Of a stretch of DNA of 49,654 nucleotides, positions 1 through 8,970 are shown piece by piece. Made by a program: the position numbers and the translations under genes. Source of the DNA: a virus; IMG/VR virus record IMGVR_UViG_3300045988_105566; one strand, 5' to 3'. Position 1 is the stretch's first letter; the number at the start of each line of letters is the position of its first letter. Under the pieces are notes generated by a model that saw nothing but the letters and a program-made list of their open reading frames with translations, did not search any database and was not told the DNA's origin.

Positions 1-86
1 TCATGGACTATGAAGACCGTATCGGGGTTGTCTTTGTCGAACCAGCACATCCGACTGCCGCAGCAAGCATCCAAAATCTTTTTCAT
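1..86 (-). CDS. Partial CDS (first 86 nt only), SAM-dependent methyltransferase-like N-terminus
   Basis: The ATG (minus strand, 84-86) overlaps the stop of the upstream gene as ATGA. It translates MKKILDACCGSRMCWFDKDNPDTVFIVHD and runs off the window edge. Confidence 0.5.
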   Translation of the reverse strand, partial: MKKILDACCGSRMCWFDKDNPDTVFIVH

Positions 87-871
87 ACGAATAGCGATTT
101 TGAAATTCTTGGTAATACCTTTACTCTTGCCTCGGCACAGAAATCCTTTTTGATCTCGAATCCGTATGCTTTTCGGCCCATATTGGCAGCCGCGAGCAGG
201 GTTGTTCCGCTTCCTGCGCACGGGTCGATGACTACATCCCCTTTGTCGGTGAATATCTCGATCAGGCGTTCCAGCAGGGGAACGGGTTTCTGCGTCGGGT
301 GGATCTTCGGCGTATCTGTATCGCGTACCCAATCGAAGCAGTTGAATATCATCCTCCCGTCATTGTTGAATTTCGGTAGGCGGTCGCGGTAGAGAATCAA
401 TCCGTATTCGCAGTTGCCGACGACTTTCATGTTGGCTTTGAGTACCTGCGCGGAGAAATCCTTGCGGAATACGAGCGGGATGTAGCGTTTCAGTCCATAT
501 CGTTGTCCGAGTTCGATATAATAGTGCATCTGCTCGAAAGGACAGAAAAGGATCATACAGGCCGCGCCTCCTTTCGATCTTCCCCCCCCCTCGGATTTCT
601 CCTCTTTGATAGGCTTGTCCTTACGAAGCATTTGACTACAAAAGTGCATGAACTCCGCAGGCCGGAAATCCTTGTCGGTGTCGAAAAACTGCTTGCCTGC
701 GAGTGCGCTCTCGCCGTTCTTATTGTCGCCATCAACATACCATGCCGGATTGCTGGCATAGGCATTCGCACCGAGGTTATACGGCACATCGGCGATGATA
801 AGCTGCGCTTTGGGGATGCCGTATGCCTTGAAATTTTGAAAATGATCGTTGAATAATTCTATGTCTTTCAT
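83..871 (-). CDS. DNA methyltransferase, beta-class N6-adenine/N4-cytosine type
   Basis: ADVPYNLG (DPPY-like motif IV) sits near the N-terminus and VIDPCAGSGTT (motif I) near the C-terminus. 262 aa. Carries a 9-nt homopolymer at 582..590. Confidence 0.85.
   Translation of the reverse strand: MKDIELFNDHFQNFKAYGIPKAQLIIADVPYNLGANAYASNPAWYVDGDNKNGESALAGKQFFDTDKDFRPAEFMHFCSQMLRKDKPIKEEKSEGGGRSKGGAACMILFCPFEQMHYYIELGQRYGLKRYIPLVFRKDFSAQVLKANMKVVGNCEYGLILYRDRLPKFNNDGRMIFNCFDWVRDTDTPKIHPTQKPVPLLERLIEIFTDKGDVVIDPCAGSGTTLLAAANMGRKAYGFEIKKDFCAEARVKVLPRISKSLFV
582..590. repeat. C9 (G9 on coding strand) homopolymer inside the methyltransferase CDS
   Basis: Counted in sequence: t ccccccccc t. Encodes part of E-G-G-G. 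Confidence 0.9.
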
Positions 872-1719
872 AGTGTATTTCCGTTAATTGGTAGCCATTG
901 GTAGAGGCTCGGTTTGCGCTCTAAATCGCCGCGCCATTCGGCGGCATTATCGTAGTCGATGAGTTCGATGCTCCCATCCCGTTTGTCCCTGACAAGACGC
1001 GGCAGATTGCGAAATATCTCATCTATGGCGTCATCGGTGGCAAATCCCCATTTCGGGTCGGCCTGAATGTCGCGCCATTGCGTCAGAGAAGAAAGCCGAT
1101 ATTTCAGGTCGGCAACCTCTTCGACTTGCTTATCCAATGCCCGCTCGTATGCGGCAGCGGTCTGCGGGGCAATATCTTTCGCCTTGCCGATGTTGCGCCA
1201 ATAGCGGCGAATCCAATTCCACATTGCATAGTAGAACTTATCCCGCATATCCCGCCGGAGCAAATCGGCCTGCGTGTCGTACTTGGCCTTGTGGAGGCAT
1301 GGAGCGGACTTGATGCAGCGGAATGTGCCCGAATCGGTGATATACATCAGCCCTGCGAACTTCGGGCATTCAGCCTCGGAGATGATCCCTTCCGGACAGA
1401 CATACCAAAAGTAGTTCGGTCGTCGATCGTCAATTGTTCCATCCGAGGCGGATAACCCTTGTAAGATGCGCATCTTATTCTGCTTATGGATTGCCTCATT
1501 CAGGAAATCCGAGTGGCTGATCTTGATCTCGCACTCGTACACGTATCCGGCTTTGGAGATTGCCAAATAATCGGATTCCCACGCATAGAAGATGAAGCCG
1601 ACCATCTCGAAAGCGGGTTTTGTCAGAATTGGATGATTCCAATACAACGCCTGCTGGATGCTCTCCTCGGTGTGTTTCGGTTTGGTCGGGGTTCCTCCCC
1701 GTGTCCCTCGCATTCCCAT
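868..1719 (-). CDS. PD-(D/E)xK nuclease-fold protein, MmcB-like
   Basis: ESDYLAISKAGYVYECEIKIS fits a D...ExK nuclease core. 283 aa. 4-nt overlaps with both neighbours. Confidence 0.55.
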   Translation of the reverse strand: MGMRGTRGGTPTKPKHTEESIQQALYWNHPILTKPAFEMVGFIFYAWESDYLAISKAGYVYECEIKISHSDFLNEAIHKQNKMRILQGLSASDGTIDDRRPNYFWYVCPEGIISEAECPKFAGLMYITDSGTFRCIKSAPCLHKAKYDTQADLLRRDMRDKFYYAMWNWIRRYWRNIGKAKDIAPQTAAAYERALDKQVEEVADLKYRLSSLTQWRDIQADPKWGFATDDAIDEIFRNLPRLVRDKRDGSIELIDYDNAAEWRGDLERKPSLYQWLPINGNTL

Positions 1720-1723
1720 ATCG

Positions 1724-2035
1724 CTACATCATTTCGCGCCAGCCGGTGACTTTGGCGTGGGTTGAGTGTTCGATGAAGAATCCGCCCAATTCAGGCGCAT
1801 AGAAATCGGTCTGAATCTCCCCGCTGGAACATTTTACGAGGACATTCTTATTCGCTTCGGGCATGAAGTCTTTCGGGTCGATCCAGCAGGTGTAGAATCC
1901 CTCCATTTCTTGCTCGGCGAGTTCGGCCGCATGGGTCATTGCCGCCCGGAGCTGCCATTTGGCGTGGTCGCTCATCTCTACTGTGAGATGAGCCATGCAC
2001 CCGTCTATAAATTCTTTTGCTTTCTGACTTTTCAT
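1724..2035 (-). CDS. Hypothetical early protein, DUF551-like C-terminus
   Basis: The internal start MKSQKAKEF overlaps the upstream stop (ATGA). The C-terminal W..P......NVLV pattern is recalled from DUF551. Confidence 0.5.
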   Translation of the reverse strand: MKSQKAKEFIDGCMAHLTVEMSDHAKWQLRAAMTHAAELAEQEMEGFYTCWIDPKDFMPEANKNVLVKCSSGEIQTDFYAPELGGFFIEHSTHAKVTGWREMM

Positions 2036-2307
2036 TCCTCGGTCATGTTTTGGACAAAAAGTAGTTTTGTCGCACATTTGTCGGGGTCTAATGCGCAGGC
2101 CCCCGTTTCATAGCATGCACATTCGCTGCAATACGCTTTAATCGCTTTCTCACGCATTCGCATCTCGGCATCCTGCTCGGCAAGTTCGATAGCGGTAGAC
2201 ACATCCCATCTTGACACGACCAACTCGCGCCCTCCGAATCTTTCAGCATACTCTTGTGCCGTACACGTGGCATGTGTAATGTATTCCTTTGCTTTTTCGC
2301 TTTTCAT
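2032..2307 (-). CDS. Hypothetical Cys-rich early protein
   Basis: 91 aa. The N-terminal module MKSEKAKEYI...AELAEQD is paralogous to the downstream gene. Confidence 0.55.
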   Translation of the reverse strand: MKSEKAKEYITHATCTAQEYAERFGGRELVVSRWDVSTAIELAEQDAEMRMREKAIKAYCSECACYETGACALDPDKCATKLLFVQNMTEE

Positions 2308-2310
2308 GGC

Positions 2311-2472
2311 TCAATCGTTTTCATCGTTATCGTCATCGGGATAGCTCACATCCTCATAGTTCACGCAGAAGTCGAAGCCCGGATCATCGTCGAATACGCC
2401 TTTGGTTTGGCATTCTTCGTATTTTCGGCAGTTGTAGCAATGACATTCGTTTATTTGTCTGTTGATTTTCAT
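2311..2472 (-). CDS. Small Cys-rich acidic protein
   Basis: The internal start MKINRQINECHCYNCRKYEEC avoids overlap with the upstream gene. Acidic tail. Confidence 0.45.
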   Translation of the reverse strand: MKINRQINECHCYNCRKYEECQTKGVFDDDPGFDFCVNYEDVSYPDDDNDEND

Positions 2473-2476
2473 GGTT

Positions 2477-2926
2477 CTATTCTTTGCGTAATCGGATGAT
2501 ATATTCGGCATTCGCGCATCCTTTGTCGATCATCTGAATACCGAGGAGTTTGTCGGCGGCGTAGGATCGTACCCATTCTTCGTCGCATGGAGCGAGCTGC
2601 TTGCCATCCTGTGTGTTTCCATGAAGAGCGAAATGATCGTCTTCCTCGACAATGCGGCATGGGTAGGATTTCGCTATACGATTCATGAATCGGTTGATTT
2701 TCTGCACATAGTAGGGAAATGGTGCTTTAATAGTTCGATTACCGTCGTCATCTTCCCGATAGCAGTTCGGGCAATAATGATGACTGCTTACCGAGTGCCA
2801 ATCCTCCTCGGATGCTTCTTCTTCCGCTGTGCTGCGGTCATACCAAGCACTATTGTCATTGCTATTGATGAGGGTCTCCCCGCAACGGTCGCATGTAACG
2901 CCGTATAAGATTTGAGGTTCAATCAT
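2477..2926 (-). CDS. Zinc-ribbon protein, hypothetical
   Basis: CDRCG...CPNC paired Cys motifs. 149 aa. Confidence 0.55.
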   Translation of the reverse strand: MIEPQILYGVTCDRCGETLINSNDNSAWYDRSTAEEEASEEDWHSVSSHHYCPNCYREDDDGNRTIKAPFPYYVQKINRFMNRIAKSYPCRIVEEDDHFALHGNTQDGKQLAPCDEEWVRSYAADKLLGIQMIDKGCANAEYIIRLRKE

Positions 2927-2931
2927 GGTTA

Positions 2932-3129
2932 TTAGCTTTCTTTGTTGGGTAGTTCTGTTAAAATTCCGATTTCTTTTACCGCTTCGAGGATGTGTAGAAT
3001 ATCCCGCATTGCCGAAAGCATACGAGGATCAATCCCCTCTACGGAGCAGTTTTTAATCACGTTTCTCTGAAAATGAATCAGGAAGTCCATGTCGTGATTA
3101 AGGATTGCGGTTATAATTCTCTTTGCCAT
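2932..3129 (-). CDS. Hypothetical 65-aa protein
   Basis: Tight same-strand packing. No recognisable motif. Confidence 0.45.
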   Translation of the reverse strand: MAKRIITAILNHDMDFLIHFQRNVIKNCSVEGIDPRMLSAMRDILHILEAVKEIGILTELPNKES

Positions 3130-3133
3130 AGTA

Positions 3134-4621
3134 TTATGCTGCTATTTGTATCGGACGCCAATCGCCCTCAATTAATCGGGCACAAAGGGCCTCGCAGAGA
3201 ACCCGCGCCATATTGACCTCGACCGCGTTACCGATGAATTTCTTTTGATCGGCCTGTGTCCCGACGAGAACGTAATCGGGGGGAAAGCCCATGATCCGTT
3301 TCAATTCGGGAATGCGGAGCATCCGCATCTTTATATCGACGATGCCGTACAACGCCATGAATCGCTTGATTTTTGCCATCGCCGGACTGTCGTCAGAGGT
3401 TATTGTGGTTGTGCTTTCTTGCTGCTCCATTCGGCAGGTTACGAGCTGGAGTTTCGGATTGGTTGTAACCGTCGGTGCAGGGCTTTCGATGTCGCAGGGC
3501 GCTCCGTTCCCGTACTGCATATCCACGAACGCGAGCCTATCCCTTGTGGTCAGCGTCGGCGCGGGTGCGTCGATGGAGTGGTTATGCCCGTTCCCGTAAT
3601 ATGCCGTGATGAACGAGTGATGATCCCATGTCGTTATTGTCCCCGCAGGCTCTTCGACCGAAACGCATTTGCCCTCCGGACTGCCTCCGTAATGCTTGGA
3701 AAGGAAATTGACCTGCGCAATGCCGAGCCTATTCTGCGTTGCAACGGTCGGGCAAGGTTCGTCGATGCTCGGTGCGTGGTATTTCCCGGTTTGACTCATC
3801 GAGTTCCATTTCACCAAGAATGCCTCTTTGCCGCCTGCAACAAACTTGATGAGACCCGCGTAGATGCGTTCGAGGGTCGCATCGACGAGCGGTTTCTTGC
3901 GCCCGAAAATACTTTCGCCCTCATCGGAAAAGTCCAGCACCTCGCGCACGGGCTTCCAGCGTTGCGTCCGACCGAATAATCCCGTTGCGCCGTCCTTGCT
4001 GTGCGTCGGTTCGGGGAACACTATCGGGAGGCTCTCTTTGGCGAAGATGCCGAAGAATCGGCGACGAGTGGTGTATGCCCCGTAATCGGCCGAGTTTAGA
4101 ATCCGATGCGCGAACCGATAACCGTAGCCGCAGACATTCGACACCCATTGCTGATACAGCCGTCCTGCATCTTTACTGATCGGCTTGCCGTTCTCGTCGA
4201 GGTCGCCCCATGACATGAACTCCTCGACGTTCTCGATCTGAATGTAGTCGGGGTTGATAGCCTCGATGTATCGGAAGAGATGCTCGGCCAGCGTCCGGCT
4301 GTCGGCATCGCGGGGCTGGCCGCCTTTGGCCTTGCTGAAATTCGTACATTCGAGACTGGCCCACAAGACGACGAACGCATCGGGATATTGCCGCCGCATT
4401 TCGGCGATATGAGCTGTCAGCGGCGAGAGTTCCAGCGTGCGAATATCCTCCGTGAAGTGCAGCGCGTCGGGATGATTAGCGGCATGAGAGGCAATCGCAT
4501 TTGCATCATGGTTTACGCACCCGATGACCTTTGCACATTGCCGTCCATCATGGCGAGCGTTCTCAACGCCGGTAGAGGTTCCGCCAGCTCCGCAGAATAA
4601 GTCGATGTATAGCAGTTTCAT
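3134..4621 (-). CDS. DNA (cytosine-5)-methyltransferase with long variable insert
   Basis: DLFCGAGG (motif I), SLECTNFS (motif IV with EC instead of PC), QIENVEEF (motif VI), TTRRRFFGIF (motif VIII), GNAVEVNMA (motif X). Confidence 0.85.
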   Translation of the reverse strand: MKLLYIDLFCGAGGTSTGVENARHDGRQCAKVIGCVNHDANAIASHAANHPDALHFTEDIRTLELSPLTAHIAEMRRQYPDAFVVLWASLECTNFSKAKGGQPRDADSRTLAEHLFRYIEAINPDYIQIENVEEFMSWGDLDENGKPISKDAGRLYQQWVSNVCGYGYRFAHRILNSADYGAYTTRRRFFGIFAKESLPIVFPEPTHSKDGATGLFGRTQRWKPVREVLDFSDEGESIFGRKKPLVDATLERIYAGLIKFVAGGKEAFLVKWNSMSQTGKYHAPSIDEPCPTVATQNRLGIAQVNFLSKHYGGSPEGKCVSVEEPAGTITTWDHHSFITAYYGNGHNHSIDAPAPTLTTRDRLAFVDMQYGNGAPCDIESPAPTVTTNPKLQLVTCRMEQQESTTTITSDDSPAMAKIKRFMALYGIVDIKMRMLRIPELKRIMGFPPDYVLVGTQADQKKFIGNAVEVNMARVLCEALCARLIEGDWRPIQIAA

Positions 4622-4627
4622 ATCGCC

Positions 4628-4888
4628 TTATTTTTTGGTTTCGCATTCATTCCATCGACGTGCGATCTCTTCTCCGAGTTTCGTAGCGTCGGGTAGTGTT
4701 TCTTTGAAGTCGCGGTACAAATCGCGGCTGAATAGCTTTATTTGGCCGATAGGGATATTCCATCCGCAGTCGGGGTCTTTGATGCAGAGATCGACCCGTC
4801 CGTGATTATCATCCGGTATGCAGAGTAGTTTTACCCGTTGGGTATCGAAACTACCCTCGACGAACTGAAATTTTGGTTTGATCTCCAT
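4628..4888 (-). CDS. Hypothetical 86-aa protein
   Basis: Same-strand packing. No motif. Confidence 0.5.
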   Translation of the reverse strand: MEIKPKFQFVEGSFDTQRVKLLCIPDDNHGRVDLCIKDPDCGWNIPIGQIKLFSRDLYRDFKETLPDATKLGEEIARRWNECETKK

Positions 4889-4890
4889 GA

Positions 4891-5139
4891 CTATTCCTCC
4901 TCGATTCCCTCTTCAATTTCAAACTGCGCCAATGCCTGTTGGCAGCCGAAGCAGAAAAAGTCGTTGAGCGCATCGTAGATTGATTCGGGGATTTCATCAT
5001 CTTCTTCAAAGTTCCCCTCGACGCACTCCGAGCTGCCATAATGTCCGATATGCCGTTCGGAATAGGTTTTGCCGTTGATCGTTACATCGGTTTTCCAACC
5101 GTCAGCGGTGATTTCGATACTGATTTTATTCTCTTTCAT
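4891..5139 (-). CDS. Hypothetical 82-aa acidic protein
   Basis: Preceded by the TTCAACGCA motif (mirror 5143..5151). Confidence 0.55.
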   Translation of the reverse strand: MKENKISIEITADGWKTDVTINGKTYSERHIGHYGSSECVEGNFEEDDEIPESIYDALNDFFCFGCQQALAQFEIEEGIEEE

Positions 5140-5161
5140 AGTTGCGTTGAATTATTGATTA

Positions 5162-5449
5162 TTACATATCCCTGCCGTCCATGAATTTACCGAGGCCGAA
5201 CCACACAAAGGATTTCTCCCAATGGCGTTCCCCGACATACCGGATGATCGACCAGCGCGTAACGACCATGCGTGGGTAGGTGTCTGTCTTGGGGTCGTAC
5301 CCCTTTCCGATCCTGATGTACTCTTTCCCGTTATCGCCGCGAAAGAGCATGAAAAACTGCGATTTCAGCGGGCTATTGTCGTCCACCCATGCGCAGATGA
5401 GGATGCGCCAGCCGCGAAATATTTTCCTGATAGCTCCTATGTGAATCAT
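5162..5449 (-). CDS. Hypothetical 95-aa protein
   Basis: Same-strand packing. Confidence 0.5.
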   Translation of the reverse strand: MIHIGAIRKIFRGWRILICAWVDDNSPLKSQFFMLFRGDNGKEYIRIGKGYDPKTDTYPRMVVTRWSIIRYVGERHWEKSFVWFGLGKFMDGRDM

Positions 5450-5451
5450 GA

Positions 5452-5643
5452 TTAACTATATCTTACTTGTGAAACATTTTCGCAACGCACCCACATCGGG
5501 TCGTCTGCATCAATTCCGCTGTCATCGCATAAGGCAAATAAGCGTTCGGGAAAGTTGCATGATATGACTTTATACCAGCTTCCTCTGTATTCTGCGATCA
5601 TGCCTGCGCAAAATCGTAGTGCGTCAAATTCGTCTTGTGTCAT
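5452..5643 (-). CDS. Hypothetical 63-aa protein
   Basis: Same-strand packing. Confidence 0.45.
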   Translation of the reverse strand: MTQDEFDALRFCAGMIAEYRGSWYKVISCNFPERLFALCDDSGIDADDPMWVRCENVSQVRYS

Positions 5644-5651
5644 GGTATCGG

Positions 5652-6002
5652 TTATTTCACGATTTTATCCGGTTTGCAATCAAATTCCCAATCTACGTCA
5701 GTCCCGTAGCAGGTGTGGATTTCTCCGATGTTCATCCCGCATCCGATTTTTGCCATCTGCACGGCCTCTTTGCGAGTGTGGGCGCGAATCTCGAAAACGC
5801 CGTCGAAAATGAATCGGGCCTTGACTTTGTAAATCCGCTTTTTCGGCTCTTGCGGATAGGTTTTGAGCCGCGCTTTCAGCCTGCGGATCGTTGCCCGCGC
5901 TTCGGCTCCCTCTTTGGAGGCTTGGATGTCGGGCATCTTGCCCTCCAATTCGGCGATGCGTCGCTCGATTGCCTCCCGTTTTAATTTTACTTCTGTCCCC
6001 AT
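5652..6002 (-). CDS. Hypothetical 116-aa protein
   Basis: Start directly preceded by TTCAACGCA (6003..6011 on the minus strand). Confidence 0.55.
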   Translation of the reverse strand: MGTEVKLKREAIERRIAELEGKMPDIQASKEGAEARATIRRLKARLKTYPQEPKKRIYKVKARFIFDGVFEIRAHTRKEAVQMAKIGCGMNIGEIHTCYGTDVDWEFDCKPDKIVK

Positions 6003-6112
6003 TGCGTTGAATTTTGTGTCTTTGCTCTGTTTTCTGCGATATGCCGCATTATTTCGGATTATCCGACCATCTTATCGCCGTTACCTGAAACTCGCGGCAA
6101 ATCGCCTTAATT

Positions 6113-6826
6113 TCATTTGTCCCGATAGGTCTCATTCTTGAAAATGATGACTTCGAGCATCTCGTTGAATCGGTCTGCGATGCGGTTGCCGTACTTCTCG
6201 CGGATTTGCGATTTCGTGAGATTGGTCGTGATGAACGTGAAGAGCTGCATGTTGTAGCGATATTCGAGCATATCGACAACCGGATTGAGGATGTTCCCAT
6301 AGTCGAGAACCTCTATCGGTTCGCGCCCCATGTCCTCAATGGCGATCATCGGCATATTGCGTAGGTTACGGAATGCCTCGAAATCCTTTGCGAGCATAAC
6401 TACCTCCTTTGCATCGACGATCCGAATACCGGCCCGTTTGCCCTCGAAATGCCCTATGTCGTTGAGCCAATTCACCGCCGACTGAAAGGCATACAGGAGA
6501 GTTGTTTTACCATTGCCGGGTACGCCGCAGAGCATTACCCCGAACTTGGCATCGTCGCGGATCAGGAATGCGGCCAGCCGTTCGATGTTGGTTTTGGTCG
6601 CCTTGTCCTCGATGAACCTGCGGTGGCGGTATTCGACTTCCGCCTGATATGCTGCCAGCAGAATGTCCGCTGCCTGCTTCAAGCTCACCGACCACTTAAA
6701 ATTTCCCCTCGTAGTCTTCCGGGCGAGTAGCTGTCGCCTCAGTCCCTCGACGTTTATCACATGATCTTTGTTGATTGATCCCATTTCGTTTGTTGTCTTC
6801 TTTTTGCCATGTTGCCACCGCCGCAC
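6113..6826 (-). CDS. DnaC/IstB-like AAA+ helicase loader
   Basis: Walker A GVPGNGKTT and a Walker B-like PMIAIEDMG. The start is uncertain because the 5' end overlaps the upstream reading frame by about 90-130 nt. Confidence 0.75.
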   Translation of the reverse strand: MRRWQHGKKKTTNEMGSINKDHVINVEGLRRQLLARKTTRGNFKWSVSLKQAADILLAAYQAEVEYRHRRFIEDKATKTNIERLAAFLIRDDAKFGVMLCGVPGNGKTTLLYAFQSAVNWLNDIGHFEGKRAGIRIVDAKEVVMLAKDFEAFRNLRNMPMIAIEDMGREPIEVLDYGNILNPVVDMLEYRYNMQLFTFITTNLTKSQIREKYGNRIADRFNEMLEVIIFKNETYRDK

Positions 6827-7068
6827 GCCAGTTTTTCATCTTGTTCTTGCCGACATACCATCCCTTGCTCTCGTAAAAGTTCACGAATCGCTCGGCATCC
6901 ACCGTGTACCCCTTTTCCCTGATATAAGAATCAACCTCCTCGATAGAGGGCGGGGAAAAGCGTTTTTCGCTTTTTCCACTTTTCCCCTCTCTATTGTCTT
7001 TTATATTCTTATTATTCTTATCTTCTGTGCAGGGATCGTTGCACCCGTCGTTGCAGGGGTCGTTGCTG
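6696..7068 (-). pseudogene. 5'-truncated copy of the replication-organiser gene (C-terminal ~124 codons only)
   Basis: Identical to the 3' 373 nt of 42204..42959. The N-terminal 128 codons are missing because the IR ends at 7068, and an upstream in-frame stop lies at about 7121. Confidence 0.8.
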
Positions 7069-7138
7069 TACCCATTGCACCCCGTCGATATATAAGACCG
7101 ATATTCAGGACAATACCCGCATCAAACATCGTTGCACC

Positions 7139-7372
7139 CTATTTGTGGATAAAATACTCTATCGCCGAATGCACGAGGATAAAATGCGTGGCGGTCTGCC
7201 TGCATTGATCCGCCCACGGATTGTATAGGTTCAAAGCCAACGCACGATACAACTCCGGAATTTCGCTTTTGACGCGCGATACCAGCATCCTATAACTGAC
7301 CCTCCTTGCACCTTTCATAAGGGCCTCCCATTTTGAAGACGGGAGACCCTCGCACGTTGCATCGAGATACAT
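7139..7372 (-). CDS. Hypothetical 77-aa protein
   Basis: Last gene of the leftward unique operon. No motif recognised. Confidence 0.55.
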   Translation of the reverse strand: MYLDATCEGLPSSKWEALMKGARRVSYRMLVSRVKSEIPELYRALALNLYNPWADQCRQTATHFILVHSAIEYFIHK

Positions 7373-7374
7373 GG

Positions 7375-8271
7375 CTAAATTCCGAATTGCTCCGACAAGA
7401 ACCCGACCATCGCCCTGTTCTGCGGCAAAAGGGCCGGAATATCCATCGTATCGGCTTTATACAACTCCGTTGCGCCGTTGTATAAATCCCATACCGTGAC
7501 CTTGCCGTTCTGATAGTAGCGATACATCATATCCTCGGTAAGCCGCGAGATTTGCGACTGATTGAGCGGATAGGTGCGGTTCTCCCTGATTTCTGCGATA
7601 TGAGTATCGCATTTAACGCGGAGGGCGGTCAGCATCCCGATCAACGTAAACATCTGCTGCGCGTCGATAGGGATTTGCTTCATCCGCTCGATCTTCTCCC
7701 GCTCGGTAACGACGATTCGGCGGGCATCGACGATCCATGACTTCACGATGTCGAGGATTTCGGGAATCGTTACGCCATTGCCCCGTCCCTGTCCTTTCTC
7801 CGAATAGGTCGAGATATATTGATCCGCGCAGAGCATACATTGGTTGTGGCAGATCATCACCATATTGCCGAATCCGACCTGTATTCCTTTCTGATGAAAT
7901 GCGACGGCAAGATTGGTCGTATGATCTGCATCATCGAAATTCGTGATGCGAATGTTGGCGAATACCCGACGGAGGATATGCGCTTCGACGGCCCGCTCTC
8001 CGTATTGGGCCTCTACCTGCGGCAAGAGGACGACACCCGGAGTATTGCGGTCTTTATTCTGCGCTGCAAAGAGGTCGTAAACCTCGACATCATAATTCTG
8101 CGCGTTGCACATGCCGATAATCTGATTCAGCAAATCATAGTGGTAAATGCCCCGTAGCGGCTTGCCGTAGATGTCGTTCTCCTTGTGGGTTCGCGCCAGT
8201 TGATCGAGGGAGAGGGTCTGCACCTTTGCTTTCTCGAAGTCGAAAAATTTGTTGTTCAATGTCGTTTCCAT
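7375..8271 (-). CDS. DUF932-like protein (phage/plasmid-associated)
   Basis: About 300 aa with a GFGNMVMICHNQCM core recalled from DUF932. TTCAACGCA motif at 8274..8282 just upstream of the start. Confidence 0.55.
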   Translation of the reverse strand: METTLNNKFFDFEKAKVQTLSLDQLARTHKENDIYGKPLRGIYHYDLLNQIIGMCNAQNYDVEVYDLFAAQNKDRNTPGVVLLPQVEAQYGERAVEAHILRRVFANIRITNFDDADHTTNLAVAFHQKGIQVGFGNMVMICHNQCMLCADQYISTYSEKGQGRGNGVTIPEILDIVKSWIVDARRIVVTEREKIERMKQIPIDAQQMFTLIGMLTALRVKCDTHIAEIRENRTYPLNQSQISRLTEDMMYRYYQNGKVTVWDLYNGATELYKADTMDIPALLPQNRAMVGFLSEQFGI

Positions 8272-8289
8272 AATGCGTTGAATTTTAAT

Positions 8290-8772
8290 TTATAATCGTT
8301 CAATAGTCTTTGCTACTTCCTCACCCCAATACCCGACGATAAGGTCATAGGCTTCTTTATCACCATCCCATGCGATCATGCACTCGTGGTTATTGTATTC
8401 GTAGAAATAAACCTCCTGCGGATCGCATTCTTTCGGGATAGCCGCCCGGCTATCGTCGTAGAACTTGAAGAATGCCGCAAGTCCGTCCTTTGTACCGAAA
8501 GCTCCCGTGTCCTTATCTTGGCATATTTTATCGCCGTCTTTGATGTGTCCGAGTTCTACCAAATGCTTGTATCCCTCGGCGAACTGTTCTCTGCTAAAAG
8601 CGAAGAAAACCCCGCATTTATCAGCATCGGGATGCTCGTTCTTGATCGCCTTGTAGCGGTCGATAGTTTGGGCGTTCAGCATTACAACACCCCCGTCGTA
8701 ATTACCCCAATCCCGATAGTATCGGAGTTCGCCCCGCGTGGTCTTGACCGTCTTAATATCTTTCTCTTCCAT
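8290..8772 (-). CDS. Hypothetical 160-aa protein
   Basis: The internal start MEEKDIK at 8772 is preceded by a motif variant (8779..8787). The longer track ORF would overlap the 58-aa ORF below. Confidence 0.55.
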   Translation of the reverse strand: MEEKDIKTVKTTRGELRYYRDWGNYDGGVVMLNAQTIDRYKAIKNEHPDADKCGVFFAFSREQFAEGYKHLVELGHIKDGDKICQDKDTGAFGTKDGLAAFFKFYDDSRAAIPKECDPQEVYFYEYNNHECMIAWDGDKEAYDLIVGYWGEEVAKTIERL

Positions 8773-8789
8773 ATCTGTTGCGTTGATTA

Positions 8790-8966
8790 TTATTCGTCGA
8801 TTCTGTCCTCCATGAGCGTAAAGCAGGATTTCGGAGGACGCCGTTTGAATTTTCCCCATGCCTTGCGCCGGGCCTCGGCCGCCGTTTTGGCTTTGACCGT
8901 ATAGGACTGCGACCACGTCATATCGACCGTAACCTCGTAGGTTCTTGCCGTCTTTTTCGTTGCCAT
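8790..8966 (-). CDS. Unlisted 58-aa ORF (MATKKTARTYEVTVDMTW...)
   Basis: Hand-translated. It exactly fills the gap between 8971 and 8772 on the same strand and is below the 60-aa track cutoff. Confidence 0.45.
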   Translation of the reverse strand: MATKKTARTYEVTVDMTWSQSYTVKAKTAAEARRKAWGKFKRRPPKSCFTLMEDRIDE

Positions 8967-8970
8967 GATC

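Larger units (their letters stand above)
1..7068. repeat. IR-L: left arm of 7,068-bp perfect inverted repeat
   Basis: Base x pairs with 49655-x. Window ends and the inner boundary were compared base by base. All ORF translations in the arm are letter-identical to mirror ORFs in 42587..49654. Identity stops at 7068|7069. Confidence 0.97.

Noticed and set aside
3-392. 129-aa plus-strand ORF at the window start (mirror 49263..49652 minus)
   Set aside because: Antisense to the methyltransferase gene 83..871, which has clear motifs I and IV.
1-7068. True terminal inverted repeats of a protein-primed or hairpin-ended linear genome
   Set aside because: No family-B polymerase, terminal protein or protelomerase was recognised. 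The element has an integrase and a DnaC-type loader. The repeat ends cut through genes, and the packaging genes are missing, so the window edges are unlikely to be physical genome ends.
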